DNA of 64,000 nt from an uncultured Rhodospirillaceae bacterium (lineage in GTDB: Bacteria; Pseudomonadota; Alphaproteobacteria; Rhodospirillales; Rhodospirillaceae): positions 433,694 through 497,693 of the forward strand of contig CBFCWI010000001.1 in NCBI GenBank assembly GCA_965601685.1. Direction: 5' to 3'. The notes below the pieces were generated by a model. The model was not told the origin of the DNA. It did not search any database and was given only the letters and a program-made list of their open reading frames with translations. Positions 9,528-26,181 of this stretch are shown here, in pieces (positions within the stretch are counted from its first letter, which is position 1; the number at the start of each line of letters is the position of its first letter). Made by a program: the position numbers and the translations under genes.

Positions 9528-10718
9528 ATGGCCAAGGAAAAATTCGAACGCAAGAAACCACATTGCAACGTTGGGACGATAGGCCATGTTGATCACGGCA
9601 AAACGTCACTGACGGCAGCTATTACGAAGGTTCTAGCGGAGAAGGGGAGTGCGCGTTATACGGCGTACGATCAGATTGACCGAGCACCGGAAGAGAAGGC
9701 ACGTGGGATCACAATCTCAACAGCGCATGTAGAGTATGAGACAGAGGGGCGCCATTATGCACATGTGGACTGCCCTGGTCATGCTGATTACGTGAAGAAC
9801 ATGATTACCGGTGCAGCCCAGATGGACGGGGCAATCCTAGTCGTTTCTGCTGCAGATGGTCCGATGCCGCAGACGCGAGAGCATATTCTGCTCGCGCGAC
9901 AAGTTGGGGTACCAGCAATCGTGGTGTATTTAAATAAATGCGATATGGTCGATGATCCAGAACTTCTGGAGCTCGTAGAGCTCGAGGTTAGGGAACTGCT
10001 TAGCAAGTACAATTTCCCCGGTGATGACATTGCTATTGTACGCGGTTCTGCACTCGCAGTTCTGGAAGAGGGTCATACTCCTTTTGGACGAGAGTCGATT
10101 CTTGCCCTCATGCAGGCGGTGGATGATTACATTCCCCAGCCGGATCGGCCAAAGGATAGACCCTTTTTGATGCCGGTAGAAGATGTGTTCTCAATCTCTG
10201 GGCGTGGTACAGTAGCGACAGGGCGTGTTGAACGTGGTCTGGTCAAGGTAGGTGAGGAAGTGGAAATTGTTGGTCTACGAGCTACGACGAAGACCACGGT
10301 AACAGGTGTAGAAATGTTTCGCAAGCTTCTAGATGTGGGAGAAGCAGGCGATAATATCGGCGTTCTGTTGCGCGGGATCAAGCGGGAAGATGTTGAGCGT
10401 GGCCAAGTGTTAGCCCGCTCTGGGAGTATTACACCACATACTCACTTTGAGGCGGAAGCCTACATCTTAACGAAGGAGGAAGGAGGGAGACACACGCCGT
10501 TTTTTACCAACTACCGGCCACAATTTTATTTTCGTACCACGGATGTGACTGGAGTGGTCCGACTGCCAGATGGAACGGAAATGGTCATGCCAGGCGATAA
10601 CGTACGCATGCAGGTAGAATTGATTGCACCGATTGCTATGGACGAAGGCTTACGCTTCGCTATACGCGAAGGTGGTCGCACCGTCGGCGCTGGCGTAGTA
10701 TCACGGATCATCGAGTAA
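9528..10718 (+). CDS. tuf: elongation factor Tu
   Basis: [28 protein letters not shown]... is full-length EF-Tu. ATG at 9528 has an AGAAGG Shine-Dalgarno 8 nt upstream. The ORF track starts 2 codons earlier, at GTG 9522. Confidence 0.97.
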   Translation: MAKEKFERKKPHCNVGTIGHVDHGKTSLTAAITKVLAEKGSARYTAYDQIDRAPEEKARGITISTAHVEYETEGRHYAHVDCPGHADYVKNMITGAAQMDGAILVVSAADGPMPQTREHILLARQVGVPAIVVYLNKCDMVDDPELLELVELEVRELLSKYNFPGDDIAIVRGSALAVLEEGHTPFGRESILALMQAVDDYIPQPDRPKDRPFLMPVEDVFSISGRGTVATGRVERGLVKVGEEVEIVGLRATTKTTVTGVEMFRKLLDVGEAGDNIGVLLRGIKREDVERGQVLARSGSITPHTHFEAEAYILTKEEGGRHTPFFTNYRPQFYFRTTDVTGVVRLPDGTEMVMPGDNVRMQVELIAPIAMDEGLRFAIREGGRTVGAGVVSRIIE

Positions 10719-10755
10719 AAGAATTGTGTTCGCTTGCTTGCGACGTGCTTGACGA

Positions 10756-10831
10756 AGGGGTATAGCTCAGTCGGCAGAGCGACGGTCTCCAAAACCGTAG
10801 GTCGCGGGTTCGAGTCCTGCTGCCCCTGCCA
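10756..10831 (+). tRNA. tRNA-Trp (anticodon CCA), CCA encoded
   Basis: Hand-folded. Acceptor AGGGGTA/TGCCCCT, anticodon loop CTCCAAA, T arm GCGGG-TTCGAGT-CCTGC. Occupies the canonical position between tuf and secE. Confidence 0.9.
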
Positions 10832-10869
10832 TTGTCTGAAACTAATCAGCATTGATTTTTGAGAGCAGT

Positions 10870-11067
10870 ATGGCAAAAACCAGCCCGGGCCAGTTCATCC
10901 GTCAGGTACGGCGGGAGTTCAGTAGAGTCACATGGCCCAGCCGTAAGGAAACGCTTATTTCTACTGGTATGGTAATGGGCACTGTTTTCCTGGCAGCGAC
11001 TTTTTTTATGCTAGTGGATCAATTCTTAGCCTGGAGTGTGAAGTTAGCGTTTGGGCTAGGAGGGTAG
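10870..11067 (+). CDS. secE: preprotein translocase subunit SecE
   Basis: [27 protein letters not shown] followed by a single TM segment. 65 aa, immediately upstream of nusG. Confidence 0.85.
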   Translation: MAKTSPGQFIRQVRREFSRVTWPSRKETLISTGMVMGTVFLAATFFMLVDQFLAWSVKLAFGLGG

Positions 11068-11071
11068 AGCG

Positions 11072-11602
11072 GTGGCAGTCTGCTGGTACGTCATCCATGT
11101 CTATTCTGGTTTCGAGAAAAAGGTAGTGCAGTCCATCCGCGAGCGGGCAATTGCCAAGGGGATGGAAGACAGATTCAAGGAAATTCTGGTGCCAGCTGAG
11201 GAAGTAGTCGAAGTGCGGCGTGGAACAAAGGTTTCCACAGAACGCAAGTTCTTCCCGGGTTACGTGCTGATCCAGATGGATTTGAGCGATGAGACGTGGC
11301 ATCTAGTGAAGGATACCCCTAAGGTCACGGGGTTTCTCGGTGGACGCGGGCGGCCTCTGCCCATTTCGCAGGTGGAGGCTGAACGTATTATGCGTCAGGT
11401 ACAGGAAGGCATTGATCGTCCTAAACCATCAATTGTATTTGAGGTAGGAGAGCAAGTGCGAGTTTGCGATGGCCCGTTTACCTCTTTCAACGGCTTGGTC
11501 GAGGAAGTGGATGAGGAAAAGGCACGTGTGAAAGTTTCTGTATCCATATTCGGGCGCTCAACACCTGTTGAACTGGAATACGCTCAGGTAGAGAAAACCT
11601 GA
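11072..11602 (+). CDS. nusG: transcription termination/antitermination factor NusG
   Basis: [17 protein letters not shown] domain and a C-terminal KOW ([22 protein letters not shown]). GTG start. Confidence 0.93.
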   Translation: MAVCWYVIHVYSGFEKKVVQSIRERAIAKGMEDRFKEILVPAEEVVEVRRGTKVSTERKFFPGYVLIQMDLSDETWHLVKDTPKVTGFLGGRGRPLPISQVEAERIMRQVQEGIDRPKPSIVFEVGEQVRVCDGPFTSFNGLVEEVDEEKARVKVSVSIFGRSTPVELEYAQVEKT

Positions 11603-11690
11603 GAGAGGGAAGACGTGTGAGAGTGTGTCCAGAGACATATAGTGATTCATTAGTGATCCATGCGAGTCTTGAAACACTGAAGGAAGAAGA

Positions 11691-12119
11691 ATGGCAAAAA
11701 AGATCGTTGGCTATATCAAGATACAGGTGCCGGCTGCCAAGGCCAACCCTTCACCACCTATTGGGCCAGCTTTGGGCCAACGCGGTCTCAATATCATGCA
11801 GTTCTGTAAGGAGTTCAATGCTGCCACGCAAAGCCTTGAAGTCGGTACGCCGATTCCAGTGCTGATTACTGCTTACAGTGATCGCAGTTTCTCGTTCGTG
11901 ACCAGAACACCACCCGTCAGCTATTTTCTGAAAAAGGCGGCCGGGCTTGAAAAGGGTGCAGCAGCAACTAATCGCGGCTTCAGTGGCAGTGTGTCGATTG
12001 GCAAGCTACGAGAGATCGCTCAGGCTAAGTTGCAAGACCTGAACTGCCACGATCTCGATGCGGCTGTGCGGCAGGTTGTAGGTTCTGCCCGCTCCATGGG
12101 TTTGCAGGTAACGGAGTAG
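11691..12119 (+). CDS. rplK: 50S ribosomal protein L11
   Basis: [43 protein letters not shown] is the L11 signature. Confidence 0.97.
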   Translation: MAKKIVGYIKIQVPAAKANPSPPIGPALGQRGLNIMQFCKEFNAATQSLEVGTPIPVLITAYSDRSFSFVTRTPPVSYFLKKAAGLEKGAAATNRGFSGSVSIGKLREIAQAKLQDLNCHDLDAAVRQVVGSARSMGLQVTE

Positions 12120-12123
12120 GGTT

Positions 12124-12819
12124 ATGACAAAAGGCAAGCGGCTGCGGGAGGCTTATGCAGCTGTTGACCGCACTCGGTTTTATGATCTGCACGAGGCTCT
12201 TCAGGTCGTCCGCACGCAAGCGAACGCCAAATTCGACGAAACTATCGAGCTTTCCATGAACCTAGGTGTGGATCCGCGACACGCAGACCAAATGGTACGT
12301 GGAGTAGTCACATTACCCCATGGCACAGGTAAGAGCGTGCGAGTAGCGGTATTTGCCAGGGGTGACAAGGCAAAGGAAGCCGAATTGGCTGGGGTTGACA
12401 TCGTTGGAGCGGAGGATTTAGCGGGACGGGTTCGAGCCGGTCAGATAGATTTCAATCGCTGTATTGCCACGCCTGATATGATGGGAATCTTAGGCAAGTT
12501 AGGCAAGGTGTTAGGGCCGCGTAATCTCATGCCAAATCCTAAACTGGGTACAGTGACTGTCAACGTGAGTGAGGCCATCCGCGCGGCCAAGTCTGGTCAA
12601 GTTCAGTTCAGAGTCGACAAAGCTGGTATTATACACGCTTGTGTTGGTAAGGTGAGTTTTTCGGACCATGCGCTGGTTGATAATATCCGGGTCTTTTGTG
12701 AAGCTATCATCAAGGCAAAGCCATCCGGGGCAAAAGGGGTTTATCTCAAAAAGGTTTCTGTGAGTTCAACCATGGGGCCGGGTGTCAAGGTGAACGTTTC
12801 CAATCTCGCCGGCGGGTAA
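12124..12819 (+). CDS. rplA: 50S ribosomal protein L1
   Basis: [35 protein letters not shown] is the L1 signature. 231 aa. Confidence 0.97.
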   Translation: MTKGKRLREAYAAVDRTRFYDLHEALQVVRTQANAKFDETIELSMNLGVDPRHADQMVRGVVTLPHGTGKSVRVAVFARGDKAKEAELAGVDIVGAEDLAGRVRAGQIDFNRCIATPDMMGILGKLGKVLGPRNLMPNPKLGTVTVNVSEAIRAAKSGQVQFRVDKAGIIHACVGKVSFSDHALVDNIRVFCEAIIKAKPSGAKGVYLKKVSVSSTMGPGVKVNVSNLAGG

Positions 12820-13084
12820 GGCGAGACAGCCATTTCCCGGTACAGCTGAGGAGTATTCCGGTCTAGGAGAACTGGCTAGAAGCCAGGTCGCTGGTAAGTC
12901 GCTGAATATAAGCCTGTGAACGAGCGGCTACTGGTTCGCCTGCGCTGGGTGCCAAAGCGTGAGAAGGTCAGGAAGGTACGGGCTGCTTGGACAGTTGTAG
13001 AGAAGGGTCCCCATTATTTCGATATTATTTCGATAACCGATCCAGTGGCCCTGTGCTGTCTGGAGACGAGGAGCGGAGCCGAAC
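12820..13084 (+). promoter_or_regulatory. probable rplJ (L10) mRNA leader / autoregulatory region (positional call only)
   Basis: 265-nt untranslated spacer between rplA and rplJ. In Proteobacteria this spacer carries the L10(L12)4-binding leader. I did not fold it or match a covariance model. Confidence 0.3.
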
Positions 13085-13609
13085 GTGAACCGGAACCAGA
13101 AAAAGGAGCTAGTTTCTGCTCTACACAATCTGCTCGGGGAGAGTGCGATCGTCGTTGTCGTGCATTACAAGGGCATGAAAGTCTCTGAAAGTGCTGCGCT
13201 GCGTTCACAAATGCGGGAGGCGGGTGCTCATTTCAAAGTAACTAAAAATAGACTGATGCGCCTTGCCCTAGCAAAAACCTGTTATGAAGGCTTGGCCTCT
13301 CTGTTCGTCGGTCAGACCGCGATCGCCTGTTCGCAGGATCCAGTCACTGCAGCTAGGGTAGTGGCCAAGTACGCTAAGGGTAACAACAAGCTCGTCATTA
13401 TCGGAGGAGGACATGGTGCGACCTTGTTGACCCCAGACAGAATCGAGGCCCTGGCTGCATTGCCTTCGCTAGCTGAACTGCGGGCCAAGCTGGTTGGCGT
13501 GCTTAAGGCCCCAGCAACCCGGATTGCTAACCTGCTGCAGACGCCGGCCAGACAGTTGGCTCAAGTGCTCAAAGCGTATGCGGACAGGGACCAGAGTAAA
13601 ACTGTGTGA
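13085..13609 (+). CDS. rplJ: 50S ribosomal protein L10
   Basis: GTG start. MNRNQKKELVSALHNLLGESAIVVVVHYKGMKVSE is typical L10. Confidence 0.93.
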   Translation: MNRNQKKELVSALHNLLGESAIVVVVHYKGMKVSESAALRSQMREAGAHFKVTKNRLMRLALAKTCYEGLASLFVGQTAIACSQDPVTAARVVAKYAKGNNKLVIIGGGHGATLLTPDRIEALAALPSLAELRAKLVGVLKAPATRIANLLQTPARQLAQVLKAYADRDQSKTV

Positions 13610-13652
13610 TTCCACATTAAACTAGAGATCTTGTACTCAGGAGTTGTGTACT

Positions 13653-14030
13653 ATGGCTGATCTTGCCAAGATGGTTGAAGATCTTTCAAGCTTGACTGTC
13701 ATTGAGGCAGCTGAACTCTCGAAAATGCTTGAAGAGAGATGGGAGGTCTCAGCGGCAGCGCCGGTGGCAGTGGCTACTACTCCTGTCACCGCAGTAGCCG
13801 CCACTCCTGTTGAGGAGCAAACAGAATTCTCCGTGATTCTAGCGGAGACTGGAGAGAAAAAGATCAACGTGATTAAAGAGGTACGTGCTATCACCAGTCT
13901 CGGCCTCAAGGAAGCGAAGGATCTTGTCGAGGGAGCACCTAAGGTAGTCAAGGAAGGGGTCTCCAAGGAGGAAGCACAATCCATCAAAAGGAAGCTTGAA
14001 GAGGTGGGTGCAAAGATTGAACTCAAGTGA
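13653..14030 (+). CDS. rplL: 50S ribosomal protein L7/L12
   Basis: [30 protein letters not shown], an Ala/Pro/Val hinge, and the C-terminal domain [30 protein letters not shown] at 13653 has a CAGGAG Shine-Dalgarno. Confidence 0.95.
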   Translation: MADLAKMVEDLSSLTVIEAAELSKMLEERWEVSAAAPVAVATTPVTAVAATPVEEQTEFSVILAETGEKKINVIKEVRAITSLGLKEAKDLVEGAPKVVKEGVSKEEAQSIKRKLEEVGAKIELK

Positions 14031-14597
14031 GGAGATGATATGTATGCAAGAGCTGGTGTGCTGGTCGTGGGCGACAAGGGTAGCGGAGTCCTTTCCAAGG
14101 ATTTCCAAGGAGGTGAGAAGCAAGACTGGTAGTCTACAGTTAGCTATGAGAAGAATTCTGACATATTAGTGTGGGCTGTTCATGCCTGCAGCCTGGTGTG
14201 TCTGTGCTGTCAGGATCTGAGCGTGCAGTACACGCAGCGTTTAGTCGCTGGCGGGCTTCTGACTCGCGTATAAGAGTCCTGCTTACGCCACCTGGCTCCT
14301 GGTGCACCCTGTTTTTCGTTCAGGCACGTGCAGAGGGGGGGGTTTTCTGTTTCTGCTGGCTTGCAGAGGTATTTGTAGCGTTAGGCATCCCCTGTGAATG
14401 GATTGCTCCCAAGCGTGGGAAGCGTGGTATTGTGAGTGTGGGAGCTGTTTTCCTCAGATGGAGATGGAGTAGGAGTCACAGGTTGGCATGCTCTTCCTCC
14501 CTCTCCACCTCGCAGACGGATCGGCTGTAGGAACCCCGTGTTTCCTCTCTCAGAGAGGGGTATACGATTCAAACGATTCTATATCTAAGGAGCAGCA

Positions 14598-17500
14598 ATG
14601 GCTAGATCCTTCACGGCTCGCAAGCGGGTACGGAAGAATTTCGGACGCATCCTTTCGGTTGCGCCGATGCCCAACTTGATAGAGGTGCAGAAAAGCTCCT
14701 ATGCTCAGTTTCTCCAGATGGAGGTATCGCCAGAATATCGAGCTGTTATTGGCCTTCAGGAAGTCTTTAAATCTGTCTTTCCTATCCGCGATTTTTCTGG
14801 GCGGGGTGAGCTTGAGTTCGTAAAATATGAATTCGAACCTCCAAAATATGATGTGGATGAGTGCCAGCAACGCGGTATGACGTATGCTGCCCCCCTGAAG
14901 GTAACACTGCGGTTAGTTGTGTGGGATATAGATGAGGAGACAGGTGCCCGTTCTATTCACGATATTAAGGAGCAAGACGTCTATGTAGGAGATATGCCTT
15001 TGATGACAATCAATGGCACCTTCATCATTAACGGTACTGAGCGGGTGATCGTGAGTCAGATGCATAGATCGCCTGGCGTGTTTTTCGATCACGATAAGGG
15101 TAAGACTCATTCATCGGGTAAGTACCTGTTTGCTGCTCGTATTATCCCCTACCGTGGCTCTTGGCTTGATTTTGAATTCGATGCCAAGGATCTTGTCTAT
15201 GTGCGTATAGACCGTCGCCGCAAGCTGCCAGTGACCACTCTTCTGTATGCTCTGGATTCCGAAGAAACCGCGGCGACACGCGCTACCCTAGAAGACCCGT
15301 CTAGGGTCAGTGGTATGACCGCTGAGGAGATTCTGAACTATTTTTACGACAGAATAATATTCAGGTACGACTCAAAAGGTTGGAGAGTCTCTTTCCAGCC
15401 GGAGCATCTGCGTGGCATCAAGCTTCCATTCGACCTCGTTGATTCTGCGACGGGAGCGGTGAAAGCGGAAGCAGGAACAAAAATGACTCCGCGTCTTGGC
15501 CGCAGACTTCTCGAAGAAGGGTTAGTGGAGCAACGCGTCTTGCCGGAGGAGCTGGTCGGCCGCTATGCTGCCCTTGATCTCATCAACGAAGGAACGGGTG
15601 AGATCTATGTTGAGGCTGGCGAAGAGTTGACTCTTGAGGTGATCGAAACACTTGCCAAGGCTGGCGTAACAGATTTGCCGGTTTTACGTATCGATCACAT
15701 CAACGTGGGCCCCTATCTCCGCAATACACTTGCCATTGACAAGAACAGTTCACGGGAGGAGGCTCTGATAGATATCTACCGTGTTATGCGTCCAGGGGAA
15801 CCACCGACACTAGAAACAGCAGAAGCTCTGTTTTTTGGTCTTTTCTTCGACCCTGAACGGTATGACCTCTCAGCTGTGGGACGGGTGAAAATGAACGCGC
15901 GGCTTGGGTTTCATGAGGTGCCGGATAGCGTCCGGACCTTGCGGCGGGAAGATATCCTACGTATCCTTAAAGTTCTGATCGATCTGAAAGATGATCGTGG
16001 AGAGGTTGATGATATAGATCATCTTGGCAATCGTCGCGTGCGTTCTGTTGGCGAATTGATGGAAAATCAATACAGACTCGGTCTCCTGCGTATGGAAAGA
16101 GCTATTCGCGAGCGCATGAGTTCTGTTGACATTGATACTGTCATGCCACACGACTTAATCAATGCAAAGCCTGCCGCCGCAGCTGTGCGGGAGTTCTTCG
16201 GCTCGTCTCAGTTATCACAATTCATGGATCAGACCAACCCTCTAGCAGAGATTACCCATAAGCGACGTCTGTCTGCCCTAGGGCCAGGTGGCTTGACCCG
16301 CGAGCGGGCGGGGTTTGAGGTGCGAGATGTTCATCCTACGCATTACGGTCGTATCTGCCCGATAGAAACACCGGAAGGTCCTAACATTGGTCTCATCAAT
16401 AGCCTTGCGACCTATGCCCGGGTCAATCAGTATGGCTTTATAGAAAGCCCTTACTGCAAGGTGGTGCAGGGCCGCGTAACAGATGAGGTACACTATCTCT
16501 CTGCTATGGAAGAAGGCCGTTACAGTGTTGCCCAAGCCAATGCTGTGTTAGACAGGAACGGCTGTTTTGTCGCTGACATGATTCCTTGCCGCAAAGCCGG
16601 TGACTTTATCATGGTCCACCCAACTGAGATTGACTTCATCGATGTTTCACCTAAACAATTGGTGTCTGTGGCCGCGGCACTGATTCCATTCCTTGAAAAC
16701 GACGATGCAAACCGCGCCCTCATGGGGTCTAACATGCAGCGCCAAGCCGTACCGTTGGTCCGCGCAGAAGCACCACTGGTTGGAACGGGCATGGAAGAAG
16801 CGGTGGCTCGCGACTCAGGAGCAGCCATCGCCGCGCGCCGCGGAGGTATCGTGCGACAAGTGGACGCCACCCGTATTGTCATCCGCGCTACCGAGGACAC
16901 TTCATCGTCTGCTCCTGGTGTGGACATCTACCGTTTGGCAAAGTTTCAACGCTCTAACCAAAGCACCTGCATCACCCAGAGACCGTTGGTCCATGTTGGG
17001 GATTCCGTGCGCACGGGTGACATCATTGCTGATGGTCCCTCGACAGAACTGGGCGAACTCGCTCTCGGCCGGAATGTCTTAGTAGCCTTCATGCCATGGA
17101 ACGGCTACAACTTCGAGGATTCAATCCTCATTTCTGAACGCATTGTACGCGACGATGTGTTCACTTCTGTTCATATTGAAGAGTTCGAGATCATGGCCCG
17201 CGACACCAAGCTAGGCCAGGAGGAAATTACTCGCGACATCCCGAACGTAGGCGAGGATGCGCTGAGAAATCTGGATGAAGCTGGAATCGTTTACATTGGT
17301 GCTGAAGTCAAGGCCAGTGACATCTTAGTTGGTAAGGTGACCCCAAAGGGAGAATCTCCCGTGACACCAGAGGAAAAGCTGTTACGCGCAATTTTTGGAG
17401 AAAAGGCATCGGACATTCGTGATACCTCCTTACGAGTACCGCCAGGCGTCACTGGGACAGTCGTCGAGGTCCGTGTCTTCTCCCGCCGCGGTATCGAGAA

Positions 17501-18746
17501 AGATGAGCGTGCGCTCGCTATTGAACGGGCAGAGATTGAGCGTTTGGCTAAAGACCGTGATGACGAGAGGGCCATATTGGAAGGTTCCTTCCAGGAGCGT
17601 CTCAAGGAAATCCTTCTAGGACATAAAATCGTGTCAGGCCCGAAGGCAGGACTCCTTATAAACGAGTCTCTACTAGAGACATACACATCCAACCAGTGGC
17701 AGCACATAGCGGTCGAGGATGATGACTCCATGATCAAAATCGACGCTTTGAAAGGACTGTATGATGAAAGCATAGCCAAGCTACAAGAGCGATTCGAGAA
17801 CAAGATTGAAAAACTGCAGCGTGGGGATGAATTACCGCCCGGTGTGATGAAAATGGTTAAGGTCTTTGTTGCCGTCAAGCGCAAGCTGCAACCTGGTGAC
17901 AAAATGGCTGGTCGTCATGGCAACAAAGGTGTGATCTCGCGCATCGTTCCTATCGAAGATATGCCTTTTACAGAAGACGGCACCTATGTGGACATCGTTC
18001 TAAACCCCTTAGGCGTGCCATCGCGTATGAATGTAGGACAGATTCTGGAGACCCATCTAGGGTGGGCCTGTGCGAGCCTGGGTCATCAAATCGGTGAGCT
18101 GCTCTTCCACGTGCAATCTGGGCATATGGATTGCACAGTACTGCACAAAAAATTAGAAGATATCTATGATCAAGCTACTTTCACGGACAAAATTGCCGAG
18201 TTGTCCGATGACCAACTCTTAGAGTTGGCTAGCAATCTGCGTTACGGTGTTCCTATCGCGACGCCGGTATTCGACGGGGCCCGCGAGAGCGATATCATTG
18301 CCATGCTTGAGAAAGCTAGCCTACACACCTCTGGCCAAGTGATCTTAATCGATGGCCGTACTGGTGAATCGTTCGACAGGCCGGTGACAGTCGGTTATAT
18401 CTACATGTTGAAACTGCATCATCTCGTAGATGACAAAATCCATGCTCGGTCTATCGGTCCCTATTCACTTGTGACCCAGCAACCGCTGGGCGGCAAAGCT
18501 CAGTTTGGTGGCCAGCGCTTTGGTGAAATGGAAGTGTGGGCCTTAGAAGCCTATGGAGCAGCTTATACTTTGCAGGAAATGCTGACAGTTAAGTCAGACG
18601 ACGTATCAGGTCGCACTAAGGTATACGAATCCATCGTGCGCGGTGATGATACTTTCGAGGCTGGTATTCCGGAATCCTTCAATGTATTAGTTAAGGAAAT
18701 GAGGTCTCTCGGTCTGGACGTAGAATTGAACCAGTCTGATATCTAG
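14598..18746 (+). CDS. rpoB: DNA-directed RNA polymerase subunit beta
   Basis: 1382 aa. Full set of conserved beta blocks (for example [33 protein letters not shown]). AAGGAG Shine-Dalgarno upstream. Confidence 0.98.
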   Translation: MARSFTARKRVRKNFGRILSVAPMPNLIEVQKSSYAQFLQMEVSPEYRAVIGLQEVFKSVFPIRDFSGRGELEFVKYEFEPPKYDVDECQQRGMTYAAPLKVTLRLVVWDIDEETGARSIHDIKEQDVYVGDMPLMTINGTFIINGTERVIVSQMHRSPGVFFDHDKGKTHSSGKYLFAARIIPYRGSWLDFEFDAKDLVYVRIDRRRKLPVTTLLYALDSEETAATRATLEDPSRVSGMTAEEILNYFYDRIIFRYDSKGWRVSFQPEHLRGIKLPFDLVDSATGAVKAEAGTKMTPRLGRRLLEEGLVEQRVLPEELVGRYAALDLINEGTGEIYVEAGEELTLEVIETLAKAGVTDLPVLRIDHINVGPYLRNTLAIDKNSSREEALIDIYRVMRPGEPPTLETAEALFFGLFFDPERYDLSAVGRVKMNARLGFHEVPDSVRTLRREDILRILKVLIDLKDDRGEVDDIDHLGNRRVRSVGELMENQYRLGLLRMERAIRERMSSVDIDTVMPHDLINAKPAAAAVREFFGSSQLSQFMDQTNPLAEITHKRRLSALGPGGLTRERAGFEVRDVHPTHYGRICPIETPEGPNIGLINSLATYARVNQYGFIESPYCKVVQGRVTDEVHYLSAMEEGRYSVAQANAVLDRNGCFVADMIPCRKAGDFIMVHPTEIDFIDVSPKQLVSVAAALIPFLENDDANRALMGSNMQRQAVPLVRAEAPLVGTGMEEAVARDSGAAIAARRGGIVRQVDATRIVIRATEDTSSSAPGVDIYRLAKFQRSNQSTCITQRPLVHVGDSVRTGDIIADGPSTELGELALGRNVLVAFMPWNGYNFEDSILISERIVRDDVFTSVHIEEFEIMARDTKLGQEEITRDIPNVGEDALRNLDEAGIVYIGAEVKASDILVGKVTPKGESPVTPEEKLLRAIFGEKASDIRDTSLRVPPGVTGTVVEVRVFSRRGIEKDERALAIERAEIERLAKDRDDERAILEGSFQERLKEILLGHKIVSGPKAGLLINESLLETYTSNQWQHIAVEDDDSMIKIDALKGLYDESIAKLQERFENKIEKLQRGDELPPGVMKMVKVFVAVKRKLQPGDKMAGRHGNKGVISRIVPIEDMPFTEDGTYVDIVLNPLGVPSRMNVGQILETHLGWACASLGHQIGELLFHVQSGHMDCTVLHKKLEDIYDQATFTDKIAELSDDQLLELASNLRYGVPIATPVFDGARESDIIAMLEKASLHTSGQVILIDGRTGESFDRPVTVGYIYMLKLHHLVDDKIHARSIGPYSLVTQQPLGGKAQFGGQRFGEMEVWALEAYGAAYTLQEMLTVKSDDVSGRTKVYESIVRGDDTFEAGIPESFNVLVKEMRSLGLDVELNQSDI

Positions 18747-18880
18747 TAATAGGACATACTAATAACACCCAATGGTCTGCTTTCACTGTGAGCGCTGTAG
18801 ACTCGCGATCCGCGAGTAGCCGCCGGTGGGAGCAGACGGGGTAGCAGTGGGCGCGAGATATGGAACAGGCCGATTCGTGA

Positions 18881-23419
<4,539 letters not shown>

Positions 23420-23438
23420 TCGCATTATTACAGAGGGC

Positions 23439-24737
23439 GTGAAGGCGGACGCCATGGTAACCCTTAGAAGCTCTTTCCTGCGCACCCTTCAGGCGCGAGG
23501 ATACATTCATCAGTGCACTGATCTCGAACGACTTGATACTGTGCTCGCTCAGCAGCCACCAATCGCAGCCTATATTGGCTTCGATTGCACCGCGGACAGC
23601 CTCCATGTTGGTAGCCTGGTCCAGATCATGCTACTGCGGCGCTTGCAGCAGAGCGGTCACAAGCCTATTGTGTTGATGGGTGGCAGTACGACCCGGGTTG
23701 GAGATCCTTCTGGCAAGGATACAATGCGTCAGCTCCTCCCAGAAACGCAGATTGTCGCCAATATGGCCAGCCTCCAAAAGGTTTTTGCTAACTTCTTGAC
23801 GTTTGGCACTGGCCCCTCTGACGCGATTCTCATCGATAATACAGATTGGCTTTCTTCACTTAACCATATTGCCTTTTTGGGGGACTATGGTCGGCACTTT
23901 TCTGTCAACCGGATGCTCGGTCTCGATTCTATCAGATCACGGCTGGAACGGGGACAGCCCTTAACCTTCTTAGAATTCAACTACATAGTTTTGCAGAGCT
24001 ATGACTTTCTCGAATTGTGGCGGCGGGCGGGTTGCTGTCTGCAGATGGGAGGGGCCGATCAGTGGGGCAATATCGTCAACGGTATTGAATTGGCCCGCCG
24101 AGTTGAAGGGGTTGAGTTGTTTGGTCTGACATCGCCATTGATCACTACTATGACTGGCGTTAAGATGGGAAAGACGCTCGGGGGCGCGGTATGGCTCAAT
24201 GCCGATCGGCTATCACCCTATGGCTATTGGCAGTTCTGGCGCAACACCGAGGATTCGAATGTGGGGCGTTTTTTGCGGCTATTTACAGACCTACCGCTGG
24301 ATGTCATAGATCGTTTAGAGTCCCTCTCTGGTACAGCCTGTAACAAGGCAAAGTGGCGTTTAGCCTATGAGGCCACTCGCTTGGCCCATGGGGAGAAAGC
24401 GGCTTCTACCGCTGCGGAAACTGCCCGCAAGGTATTTGAGGAAGGAACCCTTGGTCAGGCCATGCCGGTACTCAATGTACCGGCGGCTGCCTTAGCGGAG
24501 GAGGGCCTGAGTTTACTTGATGCTATGCGACAGGCTGGCTTGGTCCGGTCTAACGGCGAGGCGCGTCGCTTAGTCCGGAGCGGGGGAGCGCGGGTGAATA
24601 ATCTCGTGATAGGTGATGAGACGCATCGTCTCACTGCTACTGATCTGAAAGATGGCGCCATCAAATTATCTGCCGGTCGCAAACACCATGTTTTGGTGCG
24701 TACGGCAGTGATCCAGAATCAAGGAAGAGCATGTTGA
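23439..24737 (+). CDS. tyrS: tyrosine--tRNA ligase
   Basis: RGYIHQCTD, the class I HIGH-type motif (DSLHVGSL), KMGKT (KMSKS-type), and a C-terminal S4-like domain. The start could be GTG 23439 or ATG 23454. Confidence 0.92.
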   Translation: MKADAMVTLRSSFLRTLQARGYIHQCTDLERLDTVLAQQPPIAAYIGFDCTADSLHVGSLVQIMLLRRLQQSGHKPIVLMGGSTTRVGDPSGKDTMRQLLPETQIVANMASLQKVFANFLTFGTGPSDAILIDNTDWLSSLNHIAFLGDYGRHFSVNRMLGLDSIRSRLERGQPLTFLEFNYIVLQSYDFLELWRRAGCCLQMGGADQWGNIVNGIELARRVEGVELFGLTSPLITTMTGVKMGKTLGGAVWLNADRLSPYGYWQFWRNTEDSNVGRFLRLFTDLPLDVIDRLESLSGTACNKAKWRLAYEATRLAHGEKAASTAAETARKVFEEGTLGQAMPVLNVPAAALAEEGLSLLDAMRQAGLVRSNGEARRLVRSGGARVNNLVIGDETHRLTATDLKDGAIKLSAGRKHHVLVRTAVIQNQGRAC

Positions 24738-24906
24738 CTGGATGGGGAGTGCTGCTGGAGGTGCGAGCGCCGACGCTCTTGCCTGTCCTGATTATAGTGA
24801 GGGAACCAATTCGGTATTTGCTATAAAGACTATAAAGACAGACCATCATCGCCCGGCCTGGGAAGGATCCATGTGGGGTGACAGTCAGGTGTGAAACGAG
24901 ACGATC

Positions 24907-25092
24907 ATGGCAGTTCCAAAGAAGAAGACGTCCAAATCCCGCCGCGACATGCGTCGTTCCCACCACGCTCTCAGGCGGACTAACATTGTTGAGTGTGCCC
25001 ATTGCGGTGAGCTGAAACGGCCACATCATATGTGCGATCAGTGCGGTTACTATGATGGCCGCGATGTGGTTGGTGCCGTTTCCGCTGCCTGA
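24907..25092 (+). CDS. rpmF: 50S ribosomal protein L32
   Basis: [22 protein letters not shown]... with a CxxC...CxxC knuckle. 61 aa, upstream of plsX-fabH as usual. Confidence 0.93.
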   Translation: MAVPKKKTSKSRRDMRRSHHALRRTNIVECAHCGELKRPHHMCDQCGYYDGRDVVGAVSAA

Positions 25093-25131
25093 TTCGCCTG
25101 CCGGACCAGCGATCTAAGCTAAGGACGCGCC

Positions 25132-26181
25132 TTGACTCAGCGGTTCACTCTGTCGCTAGACGCTATGGGAGGGGATCGGGCACCCGCGATAGTCATCGCG
25201 GGTATCGGGCTGGCGCTCCAGCGCTATCCAGCAGTGCGCTATCTGCTATATGGTGATGAGGCCCAACTGGGGCCTCTGCTGGAGGCTGTACCTGCCGTCG
25301 CCGCGGTCTGCACCTTGCGCCATACTGCCGAGAGAGTCGGCAATGAAGATAAGCCCTCGCATATGCTCCGCCAAGGGCGGAGGACGAGTATGTGGCTTGC
25401 CATCCAAGCAGCCAAAGAGGGTGAGGCAAGTGGTGTCGTGTCCGCAGGCAATACTGGCGCCCTGATGGCGATGGCGAAGGTCCTGTTACGGACGCTGCCT
25501 GGTATCAGCCGGCCAGCTATTGCTACCGTTCTCCCTAGCCAGCGTGGGGAGGTTGTCATGCTAGACCTTGGTGCTAACAGTGATTGTAATGCTCAGAACC
25601 TGTCAGAGTTCGCTGTCATGGGAGATGCCTTCGCCCGTACCGTACTAGGGATCGCGAACCCATCCATCGGCCTACTCAATATAGGTGCAGAAGATATGAA
25701 GGGCAACGATGCTGTGCGTACAGCCAGTGCCCTGTTGAAAGCAAGCCCCTTGCCTATCCGGTTTCACGGTTTCGTTGAAGGCGACGATATCGGTGCGGGA
25801 ACAGTGGATGTAGTGGTGACGGACGGGTTTACCGGCAACGTTGCGCTCAAGACAGCTGAGGGAACAGCCAAACTTTATGCTAGTTTCCTGCGCGCAGCAT
25901 TTGGTGGATCCTTGTTAGCCAGGCTGGGATATCTCTTAGCCAGACCCGCATTGACCAGAGTGAGGAAACGAATCGACCCGAGACGGTACAACGGGGCCAT
26001 GCTCCTTGGCCTCAATGGCGTTTGTGTCAAGAGCCATGGAGGCACGGATGAGGTGGGTTTCGCCAATGCCATAGGTGTGGCAGCCGATCTTGTGATTCAT
26101 GGCTTTAATGATAGAATTAAGCAGGAGTTCTGTGAGTTGCACATGTCCGGTATTACGCCCGCTGTCATAGCAGGTCATTAA
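25132..26181 (+). CDS. plsX: phosphate acyltransferase PlsX
   Basis: LSLDAMGGDRAP, VVSAGNTGALMA and DGFTGNVALKTAEG motifs. TTG start. Confidence 0.93.
   Translation: MTQRFTLSLDAMGGDRAPAIVIAGIGLALQRYPAVRYLLYGDEAQLGPLLEAVPAVAAVCTLRHTAERVGNEDKPSHMLRQGRRTSMWLAIQAAKEGEASGVVSAGNTGALMAMAKVLLRTLPGISRPAIATVLPSQRGEVVMLDLGANSDCNAQNLSEFAVMGDAFARTVLGIANPSIGLLNIGAEDMKGNDAVRTASALLKASPLPIRFHGFVEGDDIGAGTVDVVVTDGFTGNVALKTAEGTAKLYASFLRAAFGGSLLARLGYLLARPALTRVRKRIDPRRYNGAMLLGLNGVCVKSHGGTDEVGFANAIGVAADLVIHGFNDRIKQEFCELHMSGITPAVIAGH

Noticed and set aside
9251-9592. ORF 9251-9592 (+) and ORF 10526-10876 (-) as possible CDSs.
   Set aside because: They run straight through tRNA-Tyr/tRNA-Gly and tRNA-Trp respectively and into tuf, so they are artefacts of the ORF caller.
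14171-14530. 119-aa ORF in the rplL-rpoB spacer.
   Set aside because: Its Cys/Trp/Arg-rich composition is not protein-like, there is no Shine-Dalgarno, and I see no family resemblance. I treat the region as non-coding spacer (see finding).
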